Below are positions 25,210-26,234 of a stretch of DNA of 26,234 nt, in pieces. The notes below the pieces were generated by a model. That model saw nothing but the letters and a program-made list of their open reading frames with translations. It was not told where the DNA came from and ran no database searches. A program made the translations under genes and the position numbers. The first letter of the stretch is position 1, and each line of letters opens with the position of its first letter. The stretch comes from Promethearchaeota archaeon. Its GTDB lineage: Archaea > Asgardarchaeota > Lokiarchaeia > Sigyniarchaeales > SOKP01. Where the stretch lies: assembly GCA_011364975.1 (NCBI GenBank), contig RDOE01000046.1, forward strand, positions 1 to 26,234, in the 5' to 3' direction.

Positions 25210-26232
25210 TTATAATTGCTTATAAAGTTGAAGTATTTCTTCTTTTATTTTTTTCTGGAAAAGATTAACCTCATTTAACTCTTTATCAAATAGATTGTTT
25301 TTCTTTTCTGACAATCCTTTTTTTAGTTTACTATCTTTTTCAATTTCTCCAATTCTTTGTTTAATTTGGCCAAATGTATTATATAACGTCTCAATATCAA
25401 TTTTTATATCATTCTTAATTTTTTTAAGAATTTCGAGCATTATATCAAAATTATATATGGAATCGCTCCACTGGTTAAAATTCTTTCCTTCTTTTAGTTC
25501 ATCAATCGTTCTATCGATAAATTCTAGAAAAACCTTAAATATATTTCCAGGATTTATGATTTTGGATTGTGGTTCCTCATGTGGTTTTAATTCAACTTTG
25601 TCTAATATTTTTATAGAATAGTCAATCATTATACTATCATTATTTATTGAGAGATTCTCCTCTTTAATCTCTTCTAATTCTCTCTCTGTAAATGAAAGGT
25701 CTAGATCCTTAGCTAATTTTAAATTATCTAATTCAACTTCCGTAATTAAGGGAGTAAATCTAACTTGCAGATGTTTTTTCCCATAATAATCATTATCATA
25801 ACGGATGATTTGGGTATAAACTTGGATAAAATCTTCACCAATTGGTGCAAATAATACGCCTTCATTAGGATCTAGCTGTTTTAAAAGAGGATAGATTCGT
25901 TCTTGTTTAATAGCTCCAGTAACAAGAATTTTTTGCCATGGTGTTAACTCAGGATATCCTAATAACGGATTTTGAATAATTACTTGTATAGCATTATCTA
26001 AATTGAGTTTTTTCAAATTCTCTGAAGTTATTTTAGCTATTTTAGGATTAGCTTCTAAAATGGTAATTTTTCCATTAGGAGCTAATTTGTGTGCTAAGCA
26101 CGCAATATAGCCACTTTTTGCTCCCAGAATAAGTAAATCATCATTTTCCTTTAACATTAATTCTTGTAACATAATTGAAATCATATGGGGGGCAGAAATA
26201 GTTCTTATTGTTTCATGATACTCTTTATCGAA
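25210..26232 (-). CDS. pcm: Protein-L-isoaspartate O-methyltransferase-like protein with charged helical C-terminal extension (5' end outside window)
   Basis: Frame open to the edge and reads 'RTISAPHM'; then 'LGAKSGY', 'PWQKILVTGA', 'LLKQL...GVLFAPIG', 'VRFTPL'. Confidence 0.78.
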   Translation of the reverse strand, partial: FDKEYHETIRTISAPHMISIMLQELMLKENDDLLILGAKSGYIACLAHKLAPNGKITILEANPKIAKITSENLKKLNLDNAIQVIIQNPLLGYPELTPWQKILVTGAIKQERIYPLLKQLDPNEGVLFAPIGEDFIQVYTQIIRYDNDYYGKKHLQVRFTPLITEVELDNLKLAKDLDLSFTERELEEIKEENLSINNDSIMIDYSIKILDKVELKPHEEPQSKIINPGNIFKVFLEFIDRTIDELKEGKNFNQWSDSIYNFDIMLEILKKIKNDIKIDIETLYNTFGQIKQRIGEIEKDSKLKKGLSEKKNNLFDKELNEVNLFQKKIKEEILQLYKQL

Positions 26233-26234
26233 AA

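Noticed and set aside
25295-25621. 108-aa + strand ORF
   Set aside because: Antisense shadow of the PIMT-like tail.
1-26234. CRISPR array, tRNA/rRNA, IS elements, ORB origin boxes, selenoprotein UGA/SECIS
   Set aside because: No spaced repeats, cloverleafs, transposases, ORB-like G-strings or genes split by in-frame TGA were seen by eye; covariance-model scans were not possible.

Overview
AT-rich archaeal chromosomal window, most consistent with an Asgard archaeon (Lokiarchaeia-like). This is inferred from Alba, a Sec11-type signal peptidase, a thiolase/DUF35 pair, GGAGGT/GGTG ribosome-binding sites and T-tract terminators. It holds about 26 protein genes and no recognisable tRNA, rRNA, CRISPR array or transposase. 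Left part: lipid/acyl-CoA and envelope genes (MaoC, MFS transporter, TsaA/TrmO-like, thiolase + DUF35, M28 glutaminyl-cyclase-like protein, methyltransferase, DAG-kinase family, signal peptidase). Centre: a chromatin/DNA-repair neighbourhood with alba, a short-alpha3 (non-nucleosomal type) histone, a complete herA-nurA-mre11-rad50 operon, a divergent membrane-anchored PD-(D/E)xK-like protein and a degenerate Mrr-fold protein. Right part: aminotransferase, Cys-cluster protein, an all-beta protein resembling the eukaryotic adaptin mu-homology domain, a URO-D family protein, PfpI and a degenerate PIMT. Main observations: (1) three genes whose conserved or coding-like N-termini lack any in-frame ATG/GTG/TTG and appear to start at ATT/ATC behind ribosome-binding sites; (2) the candidate mu-homology-domain protein; (3) the histone/Alba/end-resection cluster with a membrane-tethered nuclease-like gene. 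All family calls come from motif recognition, not database searches.
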